Shown piece by piece: positions 61,991 through 64,000 of a stretch of DNA of 64,000 bases (position 1 is the stretch's first letter; every line of letters starts with the position of its first letter). The notes beneath the pieces are model-generated. The model was not told the DNA's origin, did not search any database, and saw nothing but the letters and a program-made list of their open reading frames with translations. The position numbers and the translations under genes were made by a program. Source of the stretch: Minisyncoccota bacterium (lineage in GTDB: Bacteria > Patescibacteriota > Minisyncoccia > Phycocordibacterales > SBAW01); NCBI GenBank assembly GCA_035546615.1, contig DASZWM010000003.1:32001-96000 (forward strand). The letters run 5' to 3'.

Positions 61991-62282
61991 CTTTCTGTAT
62001 TATCTTGCGGACGACGTTGTACTCGCCTTCGCGCCTGGGAAGGGCCGTCAGGAGCGCCTCGCGCTTTTCCGCCATAGGGTCGCCCCCTTCGCGCGGCATA
62101 TCCGCGCGCATACTATTGCGGTTCTGCGTTGACGCCTCTGCACCCTCGGCCGACACGGAGGCCACTTGCCCCACATAATCGAGGATAGAAGAGATATCCT
62201 TCTGCAAAACGGCGGCTTCACCCTCGCTGAGGGTTAGGCGCGCCAGCTGGGCCAAATTTTGCACCTCGTCCCTCGAAATCAT
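61983..62282 (-). CDS. gatC: Glu/Asp-tRNA amidotransferase subunit C
   Basis: A 99-aa protein directly upstream of gatA with a GatC-like N-terminus (ISRDEVQNLAQLARLTLSEGEA). Confidence 0.9.
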   Translation of the reverse strand: MISRDEVQNLAQLARLTLSEGEAAVLQKDISSILDYVGQVASVSAEGAEASTQNRNSMRADMPREGGDPMAEKREALLTALPRREGEYNVVRKIIQKDE

Positions 62283-62368
62283 GAGCTTATTGTCTAGCGG
62301 AGCGAGTGAAAAGTAAAGCTTGCTTTCTTTTACGAGCGGAGCGACGACAATATCCGGGCCTTGCCCGG

Positions 62369-64000
<1,632 letters not shown>

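Overview
This is a 64-kb, GC-rich (about 60-65% by eye, not computed) bacterial chromosomal segment with roughly 100 tightly packed, often overlapping genes.

The provided ORF track translates GTG and TTG first codons as M. I therefore moved several starts to internal ATGs, and in one case (tRNA-Ser) away from an overlap with a tRNA. Features anchored on the ORF track carry its coordinates. Positions I derived by hand (tRNAs, motifs, re-assigned starts) may be off by 1-2 nt, because a +1 offset against the track appeared around 28.32 kb and 51.72 kb.

The backbone is housekeeping:
- Chaperones and stress: htpX, groES-groEL, secG, lexA-msrB.
- RNA and translation: RNase J, typA, an ABC-F ATPase, a TrmH-family methyltransferase, prfB-ftsE-ftsX, pyrG, ligA-gatC-gatA.
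- Transport and efflux: zur-zupT, a MacA/ABC-ATPase/MacB-like set, an MFS transporter.
- An ECF sigma factor with a putative anti-sigma factor.
- DNA repair and nucleotide-pool sanitation: a MutY-like glycosylase, AlkB, an Atl-like protein, RdgB, a Nudix hydrolase.
- Many small membrane-anchored or exported proteins.
- A tRNA-rich region: Ser, Gln, Thr, a Thr gene with a ~180-nt intervening sequence, Asp, Met and fMet.

The most notable feature is an AT-rich island of about 6.5 kb (roughly 22.1-28.6 kb). It carries a Dcm methyltransferase / restriction endonuclease / Vsr cassette. Upstream of that sits a four-gene module: an 85-aa protein with a multiubiquitin-like beta-grasp pattern, an E1-like ThiF-fold enzyme with an extra N-terminal domain, a Cys-rich Zn-ribbon protein, and a two-helix membrane protein. 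The module is divergently paired with an XRE HTH regulator and an ImmA/IrrE metallopeptidase, the CapH/CapP- or ImmR/ImmA-like arrangement. It has no cyclase, no JAB peptidase and no separate E2, so it does not match canonical CBASS type II, Bil or Bub layouts. I regard it as a candidate undescribed ubiquitin-like-conjugation defence system.

Other points of interest:
- A ~32-nt motif is shared between the lexA/alkB divergent promoter region and the island's dcm promoter region.
- RF2 is short, has no programmed frameshift, and starts directly after the CCA of a tRNA-Thr.
- An HNH endonuclease lies next to the split tRNA-Thr.
- A sortase is paired with an FPNTG-type substrate.
- At least eight exported proteins share an N-terminal 'hydrophobic helix-GG-aromatic' anchor.
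- Partial tRNA-Gln copies and direct repeats flank a lower-GC segment.
- There is a candidate sRNA with a consensus promoter.
- An 18-bp palindrome occurs three times, with a G-quadruplex motif, around an arsR gene.

I found no rRNA, CRISPR array, transposase or integrase. Phylum cannot be assigned from this window; the compact genes and abundance of tiny membrane-anchored proteins could fit a reduced-genome lineage, but that is speculation.
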